Notes under the pieces: model-generated
Database searches by the model: none
The model's input: the letters and a program-made list of their open reading frames with translations, nothing else
What the model was told of the DNA's origin: nothing
Source of the DNA: Zetaproteobacteria bacterium
Lineage (GTDB): Bacteria > Bdellovibrionota_B > Oligoflexia > Oligoflexales > Bog-1112
DNA: 40,024 nt
Assembly: GCA_028817975.1 (NCBI GenBank)
Contig: JAPPOJ010000241.1
Location: 1 to 40,024 of the forward strand
Reading direction: 5' to 3'
Position numbers and translations under genes: made by a program
Shown here: in pieces, positions 1 through 7,903 of the stretch
How the letters are laid out: every line of letters starts with the position of its first letter
Numbering within the stretch: the first letter of the stretch is position 1

Positions 1-1027
1 CCGTAAGTCCATTACGAATCCCCCCGGTTGCTATTTTAGGTAACCAAATACGCTGCCTATCGAGAGCTGCCAGCGCATAGGCCGTGGGAATCCCCCAATC
101 GCGAAAGGTTGCCCCTACCTGGCGGCCTGTGAGTTCTGAGGAACGCAGGCCTTCTAAGTAGCCCCACGAGGTTCCTCCACGCCCACCTAAATCGATCGCC
201 GCAACCCCTCGCTCTGCCAATCTAAGTGCCGAGCGTGGGTCTATTCCAGAACCCACTTCTTTCACCAGAACAGGCACTTCCAGTTGCGCACAAATTTTTT
301 CAAGGTTATCCCAAAAACCACTAAAAGTCACATCTCCTTCAGGTTGGATCAGCTCCTGCAAAACGTTCACATGCAACGCGAGCGCATCTGCTTCAATTTG
401 CTCAACCGCACGCTTACACAGGTCTACGGCCTTTTCCGAAGGGCCTTGCAGTTGGGCAACTCCTAGATTACCAATCAAAAAGACATCAGGAACATGTTTT
501 TTAACCTGAAATAAGGGGGCAAAAGCTTCGTTTTCCAAGGCCATACGCTGCGACCCTACCCCCATGGGCAGACCACACTTCACGGCAGCTCGGGCAAGGT
601 GAAGATTAATCTGTTGTCCTTTGAGAACTCCTCCGGTCATGCCTGTCAATAAGAGCGGAAAAGGGAAGGTTCGCCCCAAAAAGGAAGTTCGACAGTCTAA
701 ATCACAGAGATCAAAATCAGGTAACGCGCACACCTCTAAATGTAATTGGTCAAACCCTGTAAACCTATTGGTTTCTTCGACATTTTGCCCGGAACATAAT
801 TCAATATGGTCGTGCTTGCGCAAAAAAGACTGCAACAAATGAAAGATAGGTAAACTCTCCACCGTCGCCACAGCAAGATAGCGTTCCTCACGTGTAACTA
901 CGTCCTGAAACTGCACCGGCTGCAGCCCTAAAATAGGGAGATTATCCCAAAATAATGCATAGCACTCAGATAAGCACGGAGGAGCCAAAGAAGGGCTTTT
1001 CACCACCCACAACGTATCGTTCTCCAT
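1..1027 (-). CDS. fni: Type 2 (FMN-dependent) isopentenyl-diphosphate isomerase. Partial: the C-terminus runs off the left window edge.
   Basis: The minus-strand frame is open to position 1, so it is absent from the ORF track. Hand translation gives ...FLRKHDHIELC...FPFPLLLTGMTGG (Met codon at 640-638)...LPMGVGSQRMA...ALHVNVLQELIQPEGD...VLVKEVGSGI...DLGGRGGTSWG...ATGGIRNGL. These are the hallmark IDI-2 motifs. The start is uncertain: in-frame ATG at 1027 and 1066, an upstream stop at 1115-1117, and GTG/TTG codons nearer the RK motif (about 880-900) are also possible. Confidence 0.85.
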   Translation of the reverse strand, partial: MENDTLWVVKSPSLAPPCLSECYALFWDNLPILGLQPVQFQDVVTREERYLAVATVESLPIFHLLQSFLRKHDHIELCSGQNVEETNRFTGFDQLHLEVCALPDFDLCDLDCRTSFLGRTFPFPLLLTGMTGGVLKGQQINLHLARAAVKCGLPMGVGSQRMALENEAFAPLFQVKKHVPDVFLIGNLGVAQLQGPSEKAVDLCKRAVEQIEADALALHVNVLQELIQPEGDVTFSGFWDNLEKICAQLEVPVLVKEVGSGIDPRSALRLAERGVAAIDLGGRGGTSWGYLEGLRSSELTGRQVGATFRDWGIPTAYALAALDRQRIWLPKIATGGIRNGLT

Positions 1028-1131
1028 CCGTGTCACAGCGTAACTCACCCCTGCCGCCCCACGCATGGAGAGGTGATCCACATAACTTACCCCATCATCT
1101 GCATCTCTCACGACCTACTCCCAACCGTTTT

Positions 1132-4100
1132 TTAGTTCCAAACAGAGCTTTTCTTCAACACACCTTTACGGCGGTATGGTGTATGCGAGCGTGCCGGACA
1201 GATTTTTAAGTAGTACTGAGTCCGGCCCGCTTTCTCAAAAGAAGCCGATTCTACTAGTATTTTGCCTTGATGGGCCAAATATTCCAATGCAAGATCAAAG
1301 TCTGCAGGGGTGATATCAACTTTCTTTTGCACTTCAGCAAGTAGCTTGCCACGACTCCAAAAGCCTTTGCGAATCACACTCTGGAGGATGATGCGAGTCA
1401 TTTGCGCATCAGGACGCTGGTGCGGGACCAAAATTTTATCTAAGCGTTCATGGCCCGCACAGACATCACAGTGACCACAGGCTTGCTTTCCGTCATCGCC
1501 AAAATAGCGGATTAATTGCGCCATACGACAGTCCGAAGTATTAAAGCAAAAGCCGTACATCTGTTCTATTTCTAAGTTCTTGATCTTACGGCGTTCCAGA
1601 TAACGTTCCTCCCAACTCGCATCCGCACAGGATTTAACCCACCAAACACCATCTGGCTGCTGAACACACTCCACAGCTCCCCAATGAACAAAACGGTCGG
1701 CGAACCCATCTAGCTTCATCTCCGTAAGCCGTTCACAAAAATCCAACCATTCTAAGGGTTTTTTCTGTACACACTGCAAACCACGACGTAACTTACTTAA
1801 TTCTGGGTAGGTCTGCGCAAACATGATCCGTCGAAACTGCAAGTCACTTTCGGAATAAAATAAAACGGTCTGCGCAAGCAAACCATCACGGCCAGCACGG
1901 CCGATCTGTTGATAGTAGCTTGCCAAGGAATCTGGCAAAGTCATATGAATCACCGCTCTGACATTCGCTTTGTCAACTCCCATCCCAAAAGCAATGGTGG
2001 CGACCACCACCTCAATCTCATGAGCTAAAAAAGCATTTAAGACTTTACGCCGCACCTCACGGTCCATACCTCCGTGATAACACGCGGCACGAAACCTAGG
2101 CGCAAGTTGACGCGCAATATCCTCCGCATCAGCTTTACGCGCAACATAAATAATTGCAGGTAAATGTGCCTGCTTTTCCAGAAAACGTGAGGCTGCGGCC
2201 ACACGCCGATAAGACTCTAAAGTAGCCACCTGAATCGCCAAATTACCACGCCAAAACCCACGTATCACCTCGGCATATTCGGTCCCTAAGACCAGTTGCT
2301 CCACAATGTCATGCTTGACGGCAGGGGCTGCGGTTGCCGTTACAGCCATCCGTGGAACCCCCACAAAGCACGCCAGACGTTGGCCTAAATAACGGTAATC
2401 CACTCGAAAGTCATGTCCCCATTCCGAAACACAGTGCGCTTCATCAATGGCAATTAAACTTGGCTGTTGGCGCTGCAAAAGACGCACAAAGTAAGGAGAG
2501 CGCAAACGTTCGGGAGCAAAATAAAGAAAGTCCACCTCTCCAGCACAGTACTTACGAGCTATTTCATTTTGCTCGGCGGAGGATAAACCACTATGTACAC
2601 TAAACGCGTTCAAGTTAAGTTTGGTCAGTTTAAGAACCTGATCCTCAATCAAAGAAATCAGCGGACTGATGACCAACACAGGCCCCTGTCTCACATAACC
2701 AGGTAGTAAATAGCACAACGACTTACCACTGCCAGTGGGCATAATCACGAGGCCATTTCTCCCAGCAACGACCTCGCGTGCAATTTCTTCTTGACCTGGA
2801 CGAAAGTCTTTCATGGCAAACACACGTGCAAGCGTTGCATGTAGGTCACCCACCTGCTCCGCTTGCGTGACACTTTCTTGCGTCACCGCGACATCTTGCC
2901 GTTGCTCATCTCCAGCCATATGCAATATATTTTCCTCGAAAGAGTTATCTGCACCTGCTATTTGAGGTGCTTTTTGCAATTGAGTTAAAATTTCAGTGCC
3001 TGTTGTGACAAAATGGACCACATTTTGCAAGAACTCTTTTTTATCTTTGCGGCCCAAAGAAATGTCCTCCAGCGACTCCTCCCAATCTTTGGTAAGGGAA
3101 CAGTCTTGCAACTGAGGGGGAACACACTGCAAAAGCTCCTCCGCTTTCGCAGTTGAAGTAATTTTTTTACCTTCTCGACAAAGGTAGCCCCCCCCAATCA
3201 AACTCTCCAGCACCCCCGCACGCGTGGCTGCCGTCCCAATACCACAACGAGGACGAGATTCACGCGACACCTCTTCACTGGCCCCACCCATCTCCATGCA
3301 GCTCAACAAAGTTGCATCTGAAAAAGCCTGGGGCGGTACAGTAGCTCCAGTACGCACACGACCCGCAACCACCCACACAGGCTGCCCCACCGCAACATCC
3401 TGTAAAGGGTATTTGGTTTCCTTGTCCGTTGCCGTCGTTTTATGTAAGTCGGCTAAGCAGCTTTTCCACCCTAAACTTAGGGTCACCGTTTCATGAGAAA
3501 GTCCCACCCAAGTAGACAATGGCTGCGCACCCACAACCAAATAACGATGTTCACGAACGTATGGTTCCAAAAAGGTCGCCAAACTCAAACGACAAACCAA
3601 ATCAAAAAGGCGCTTTTCACCCAGCTCAGAAGAAGTGAGTAGCTTACCCGTAGGGACAATGGCATGATGATCCGTAGCTTGTGCATCCGAAACATAACGC
3701 TGGCGCTCCCAATGTGCGAAGTCCAATTTCGACACATACAAGGGAAACAGTTTGCGCAACGCAACGAGGCTCTCACGAAAAGTATCCAAATCATCCGAAG
3801 CAAGATAGCGACAATCTGTACGTGGATATGAGATGACTTTATGACGCTCGTACAAGGCCTGCATGACATCCAAAGTTTGCTGTGCTGTATACCCAAAAAA
3901 CCGGTTTGCATATTTCTGAATCGTAACCAGGTCAGGCAGTAAAGGGGGTTTGAGATGGACTTGCTCTTTTTTACAGTACAAGACGTACAGGTCCTGATCA
4001 CAAAACTGCCGCAATTGTAACGCCAGTTCTTGACGTGAATCTGTATAACGACGTGTCTGACTCCAATCTTTAAACCATGACATACCCAAGTCTGGACATT

Positions 4101-4923
4101 TTGTACGTAACGACGCAGCACGCAAGAGCCAGCCCACAAACTGTGCCGCACTGTCTTTCACAGGCAGATCAAGACACATCAAGTTCGCAGCTTGTCTTTC
4201 CTCCTCCGTGGAACAGACCACTTTTAACTCGCGATATTTCTCTTCCTTAAATTCACGAATCTTACGGTCACGTTGTGCAACCAAAGACAGCGTTGGCGTT
4301 TGGACCCGACCTACGGGAAAACGCTCTCCCAGCAGACTCGTACACCCTCGCGAAAAGTTAATCCCCACCAACCAGTCTGCCTGCGCACGCGCCACAGCCG
4401 ATTGATAGAGGTCATCAAAAGCGGTCGAAGGCTTCATCTGGGTAAAGGCAGTACAAATTGCTTTGGGCGTAAGGGAAGCTGTCCAAAAACGTTGCACAGG
4501 GTGGGTCCATCCCGACAACTGGTATAAAAAGCGAAAAATAAGCTCACCTTCACGGGCAGCGTCTGTCGCACACACCAGATGTTGAATCTCAGGACGAGCT
4601 GCAAGACGCTGTAAGAGAGCAATTTGCGCCTGCGCACTTTTCTTAGCCACAGGCTGCCACCCTGTAGGTACAATCGGTAAATGACTCAAATCCCAAGAAC
4701 GGTAACGCGCACTGAGCTGATTGGGTAAAGGAAAGCTTGCCACATGGCCCTTGGTCCAGCTGAGCAGTATACTTTCCGATTCGTAGTATTGTCCCTGATG
4801 CCTGAAACCACCTAATGCATTTGCAATAGCTTCGGCGACAATAGGTTTTTCCGCAATAATAAGCGCTCCAGATAAGCAGGAGAAGGCTTCACCACGTGTA
4901 CTCATCCACGCCCTTTTAAGCAA
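1132..4923 (-). CDS. Fusion protein: N-terminal type IA DNA topoisomerase (Topo III-like, aa 1 to about 655), an acidic linker, and a C-terminal RecQ-family helicase (aa about 695-1263).
   Basis: Single uninterrupted 1263-aa ORF. Topo IA motifs: IIAEKP (TOPRIM Glu), ATDAAREGE, GRVQTPTL, VISYPRTDCRYL (catalytic Tyr codon 3826-3828), HHAIVPT, GIGTAATRAGVLESL. RecQ motifs: FRPGQEEIAREVVAGRNGLVIMPTGSGKSLCY, DEAHCVSEWGHDFR, VTATA, the helicase C-domain (GMGVDKANVRAVIH, QQIGRAGRDG), and the Zn-binding CRMAQLIRYFGD...CGHCDVC. The ORF begins with TTG at 4923. An ATG at 4905 (MSTRGEAF...) is the more likely start. Confidence 0.85.
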   Translation of the reverse strand: MLKRAWMSTRGEAFSCLSGALIIAEKPIVAEAIANALGGFRHQGQYYESESILLSWTKGHVASFPLPNQLSARYRSWDLSHLPIVPTGWQPVAKKSAQAQIALLQRLAARPEIQHLVCATDAAREGELIFRFLYQLSGWTHPVQRFWTASLTPKAICTAFTQMKPSTAFDDLYQSAVARAQADWLVGINFSRGCTSLLGERFPVGRVQTPTLSLVAQRDRKIREFKEEKYRELKVVCSTEEERQAANLMCLDLPVKDSAAQFVGWLLRAASLRTKCPDLGMSWFKDWSQTRRYTDSRQELALQLRQFCDQDLYVLYCKKEQVHLKPPLLPDLVTIQKYANRFFGYTAQQTLDVMQALYERHKVISYPRTDCRYLASDDLDTFRESLVALRKLFPLYVSKLDFAHWERQRYVSDAQATDHHAIVPTGKLLTSSELGEKRLFDLVCRLSLATFLEPYVREHRYLVVGAQPLSTWVGLSHETVTLSLGWKSCLADLHKTTATDKETKYPLQDVAVGQPVWVVAGRVRTGATVPPQAFSDATLLSCMEMGGASEEVSRESRPRCGIGTAATRAGVLESLIGGGYLCREGKKITSTAKAEELLQCVPPQLQDCSLTKDWEESLEDISLGRKDKKEFLQNVVHFVTTGTEILTQLQKAPQIAGADNSFEENILHMAGDEQRQDVAVTQESVTQAEQVGDLHATLARVFAMKDFRPGQEEIAREVVAGRNGLVIMPTGSGKSLCYLLPGYVRQGPVLVISPLISLIEDQVLKLTKLNLNAFSVHSGLSSAEQNEIARKYCAGEVDFLYFAPERLRSPYFVRLLQRQQPSLIAIDEAHCVSEWGHDFRVDYRYLGQRLACFVGVPRMAVTATAAPAVKHDIVEQLVLGTEYAEVIRGFWRGNLAIQVATLESYRRVAAASRFLEKQAHLPAIIYVARKADAEDIARQLAPRFRAACYHGGMDREVRRKVLNAFLAHEIEVVVATIAFGMGVDKANVRAVIHMTLPDSLASYYQQIGRAGRDGLLAQTVLFYSESDLQFRRIMFAQTYPELSKLRRGLQCVQKKPLEWLDFCERLTEMKLDGFADRFVHWGAVECVQQPDGVWWVKSCADASWEERYLERRKIKNLEIEQMYGFCFNTSDCRMAQLIRYFGDDGKQACGHCDVCAGHERLDKILVPHQRPDAQMTRIILQSVIRKGFWSRGKLLAEVQKKVDITPADFDLALEYLAHQGKILVESASFEKAGRTQYYLKICPARSHTPYRRKGVLKKSSVWN

Positions 4924-5156
4924 AGTGGTATAATTACATTATGAAAAATAACAAATTTAAATTTGTATTGCAGTGGGATAGATGCCCTGTTCAAGATCGG
5001 ATCACGTTGGCTTTTGACTCTCATATCTTATCCGACTTGGTAGACGTCCAAACTCCCACCATACTTCCACAGAAAGGCTTAAAAGTACAGCAAGTAACTG
5101 TACAAACTGTGTAAAGTTGCTAGGACTCCTGATCACTTTATCGCAAGGAGAATACC

Positions 5157-6941
5157 ATGAGTCAAACTCTGTACCGCACACACGCACCTAACCGCATTGT
5201 AAAAGAGCTAGCACCGATCTTTGCTTTTTTTCTCGGCTGCTGGGGTACAAAGGCATGGGGCTTTATTCACCCCCACGCGACACCTCATGCTCCCCAAGTG
5301 ACCGGCGAGATCGTCATTCGTCCAACCACAGAAAAAATGCCCTCATCCATGCATGGGTTTGTCAGCACACCTCAGATACCCGGAGCAATCACCCTCCGCA
5401 GAGACCAAGTCTCAGGGACAATCACGTTTGTAGCTGGCAATCTCGGTGCTGTGCACTTTGCACAGACCATGAATACCCAAGAAAAGCAAGAACAGATCTT
5501 ACAGTTTACCAAAAAGTTTATAGACACCTACTACAAACAGCTCCAAATCAATTGGAACGATTTAAACCTCAATCGAGATGCCACGCTCATGGGTACCGAA
5601 GAGCAATTCGTACGCTTCGACGTACACCGTGACGGTCTTAAGATCAAAGATGCCGAGGTTATTTTTCGCTTCAAACGCGGTAAACTTCTCCAAGTACTCA
5701 ACCGGAGCTTTCCCCACGCAACCATCATCAGCAACAACTTTGCGGGAGCGGGGCATATTCCACAAGAGCAAAACATCTTGAGTAAGTTTGACGTCAAGAA
5801 AATTTCCCAGATCGCGAGTGAGTTTCGCGCTGCACCCAACGCTCAATCCTCTCAGTATGAGCTGGTGCTTGTGGATCGCTACCATATTGAGTCTAAAAAT
5901 GGGGAAAAGCACTCTGTCGAATATGTGCATGGCAGCACGACGATATGGGAACTCAAGAATCTGCATTATCATCTTGCGGCCCAAGTCACCGCGCCCGTCT
6001 TTCCACGCTATTATGGAGACGCACCTAAGAGGGAGCCGCTACACTTTGTCTCGATCCAAAGTGAAAGTGGTAATCTGACCTCTGACAAAAAGGGTATGAT
6101 TCCCGAAGCTGGGGAAGAAGCACCCACCTTGTTAGGCCTCAAGGGACCTCGGGTCCGCGTTTTTTCCGCAAGCACCACAGCTCTTTCCCAGCAAGCTGTT
6201 CTCGAAAATGGACGTTGGTCGATCGATGTTGACTTTAAGCCACAGCAGCAACCTTGGAAAGACCCGACCCTCGCACAAGTCATGGCCTTCCAACATACGA
6301 ATAAGATCATCATGACCGCCAAAAAATACGTCCAGACTCCTTGGTTTGACCGCCCACTCGAAACCAACGTCAACCACCCACGCACATGCAATGCCTACTG
6401 GGATGGTAGCTCGATCAACTTCTTCCGCGGAGACGACTACTGCTCAAATACTGCATTAATCGCAGATGTTATCTACCATGAATGGGGCCACGGATTGGAT
6501 GACAATACAGGTGGAATTTATGACAGTGCTTATTCCGAAGGCTTCGGTGACATCATGGCACTCATCATGGAACGCAGTCCTATCCTTGGCAAAGGTTTCT
6601 TCATCCGTACCGGAGCAGGAGTACGTGACTTGAGCCAAAACAAAGTTTACCCCCGTGACCGCGGCGAAGCCCACGACGAAGGGCTCATTATCGCCTCCAC
6701 TTTTTGGGATATGTACACCGAACTCAAAGAACTTACCAATGCAGATCAAGCCATCGATACCCTCGCCAACTTTGCCTTCAAAATGATCTTTACCACGTCA
6801 AGATATACCGATGTTTACGAAGCACTCATGGTCATTGATGATGACGATGCCGATATTTCGACTCCAGGACCTAACTTTTGTACTTTAAATCGTAATTTCA
6901 CCCGACATGGACTCACCACAAAAGACCCTACCTGCGGTTAA
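5157..6941 (+). CDS. Secreted zinc metalloprotease, gluzincin of the thermolysin/fungalysin (M4/M36-like) type.
   Basis: 594-aa ORF. AAGGAG lies 8 nt upstream of the ATG. The N-terminus is hydrophobic and signal-like (IFAFFLGCWGTKAWG). The motif VIYHEWGHGLDD-x11-SEGFGDIMA matches HExxH plus the downstream Glu (ExxxD) of gluzincins. Confidence 0.75.
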   Translation: MSQTLYRTHAPNRIVKELAPIFAFFLGCWGTKAWGFIHPHATPHAPQVTGEIVIRPTTEKMPSSMHGFVSTPQIPGAITLRRDQVSGTITFVAGNLGAVHFAQTMNTQEKQEQILQFTKKFIDTYYKQLQINWNDLNLNRDATLMGTEEQFVRFDVHRDGLKIKDAEVIFRFKRGKLLQVLNRSFPHATIISNNFAGAGHIPQEQNILSKFDVKKISQIASEFRAAPNAQSSQYELVLVDRYHIESKNGEKHSVEYVHGSTTIWELKNLHYHLAAQVTAPVFPRYYGDAPKREPLHFVSIQSESGNLTSDKKGMIPEAGEEAPTLLGLKGPRVRVFSASTTALSQQAVLENGRWSIDVDFKPQQQPWKDPTLAQVMAFQHTNKIIMTAKKYVQTPWFDRPLETNVNHPRTCNAYWDGSSINFFRGDDYCSNTALIADVIYHEWGHGLDDNTGGIYDSAYSEGFGDIMALIMERSPILGKGFFIRTGAGVRDLSQNKVYPRDRGEAHDEGLIIASTFWDMYTELKELTNADQAIDTLANFAFKMIFTTSRYTDVYEALMVIDDDDADISTPGPNFCTLNRNFTRHGLTTKDPTCG

Positions 6942-6956
6942 TCAAAAAGCCCAAAC

Positions 6957-6996
6957 CTTCCTCCCTCCTTGGACAAACAGGGGGGCGAAGTTTTTT
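6957..6996 (+). terminator. Rho-independent terminator downstream of the metalloprotease gene.
   Basis: CTTCCTCCCTCC (6957-6968) pairs with GGGGGGCGAAG (6980-6990), with one mismatch and two G-U pairs. It is followed by T6 (6991-6996). Confidence 0.6.
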
Positions 6997-7071
6997 ATCC
7001 ACACCCACAACGTTTTAGTACTTTCATATTTGGCTGTCATTTCAGGTGATTAAAATTTATACAAAAAACCA

Positions 7072-7100
7072 CTGTCATTTCATGATTTTTAGTGTATAAT
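7072..7100 (+). promoter_or_regulatory. Candidate sigma70 promoter for rpsD.
   Basis: Perfect -10 TATAAT at 7095-7100. The -35-like CTGTCA at 7072-7077 matches 4/6 with a 17-nt spacer. This would give a leader of about 90 nt before the rpsD ATG. Confidence 0.45.
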
Positions 7101-7195
7101 GTTCAGCTGCGATTCCTCTTTCAACTTAGCATGTGCTGTTTTAAGAGTTCAAATTGTCGTTTTCTCGAATCGCTAAGCATCATAAAGGTTTACAC

Positions 7196-7816
7196 ATGTC
7201 ACGTTACACTGGTCCAAGACTTAAGCAAATGCGTTCTGTAGGGGCGCAACTACCCGGACTATCCAGAAAATCTATTGATCGTCGCCCTTTTCCCCCTGGG
7301 ATGAAAGACGGACAGTTCCGTCGTAAGAAGAGTGACTACGGCCTTCACCTACAAGAAAAGCAAAAACTGCGTTTCAACTATGGTGTTACCGAAAAATACC
7401 TTCGTAAAATCGTATCAGAAGCATTTCGTAGCCGTGAGCACTCAGGTTACAAGCTTCTTGAACTTCTTGAGCGCCGCCTCGACAGCTTTGTCTTCCGTTC
7501 AGGACTCGCTCCAACTATTCCCGCAGCGCGTCAGCTCGTACGCCACAACCACGTGCTGGTAAACGGCAAAAGAGTAAACATTCCTTCTTACCGCATGGCT
7601 GCGGGTGATGAAGTGTCTTTCACCGCAAAAGGGAAAAAAATCGGTATTGTGGTATCTTCTATAGAGCAGCCGTCTCTTTCACGTCCAGCTTGGTTAGCAT
7701 ACGATGCAGACAAAGAGACAGCTAAAGTGCTCACCAATCCAGATCGTGAGTCCTTCCCTTTCCAAATCGAAGAATCTCTCGTTGTAGAATTTTACGCACG
7801 TAGCGTAAAAGGCTAA
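7196..7816 (+). CDS. rpsD: 30S ribosomal protein S4.
   Basis: MSRYTGPRLKQMRSVGAQLPGLS... is the canonical S4 N-terminus, and an S4 RNA-binding domain follows (LDSFVFRSGLAPTIPAARQLVRHNHVLVNGKRVNIPSY). The ORF-track start at 7154 is a TTG. The ATG at 7196 fits the conserved N-terminus. Confidence 0.95.
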   Translation: MSRYTGPRLKQMRSVGAQLPGLSRKSIDRRPFPPGMKDGQFRRKKSDYGLHLQEKQKLRFNYGVTEKYLRKIVSEAFRSREHSGYKLLELLERRLDSFVFRSGLAPTIPAARQLVRHNHVLVNGKRVNIPSYRMAAGDEVSFTAKGKKIGIVVSSIEQPSLSRPAWLAYDADKETAKVLTNPDRESFPFQIEESLVVEFYARSVKG

Positions 7817-7848
7817 GATAGAGAAAGACTGGAATGGTTTTTGGTCAG

Positions 7849-7873
7849 AAAAAGGGCGCTGCGCCCTTTTTTT
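7849..7873 (+). terminator. Rho-independent terminator after rpsD.
   Basis: AAAAAGGGCG-CTG-CGCCCTTTTTTT: GC stem at 7854-7858/7862-7866 with a 3-nt loop, flanked by A5 and T7 runs. Confidence 0.8.
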
Positions 7874-7903
7874 GCGTTTTTTACTCATGGGGTAGAGAAA
7901 TCT

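Noticed and set aside
3585-4151. 188-aa minus-strand ORF in an alternative frame inside the topoisomerase region.
   Set aside because: The main frame carries conserved Topo IA motifs across this interval (for example SYPRTDCRYL at about 3810-3840). The alternative frame has no recognisable features.
4924-5156. Search for a LexA/SOS box upstream of the Topo-RecQ gene, and likewise at 17024-17263 and 17645-17699 for the UvrA paralogue.
   Set aside because: I found no CTGT-N8-ACAG, CGAAC-N4-GTTCG or TTAC-N3-GTAA type box. The palindromes that are present are reported separately, without an SOS claim.
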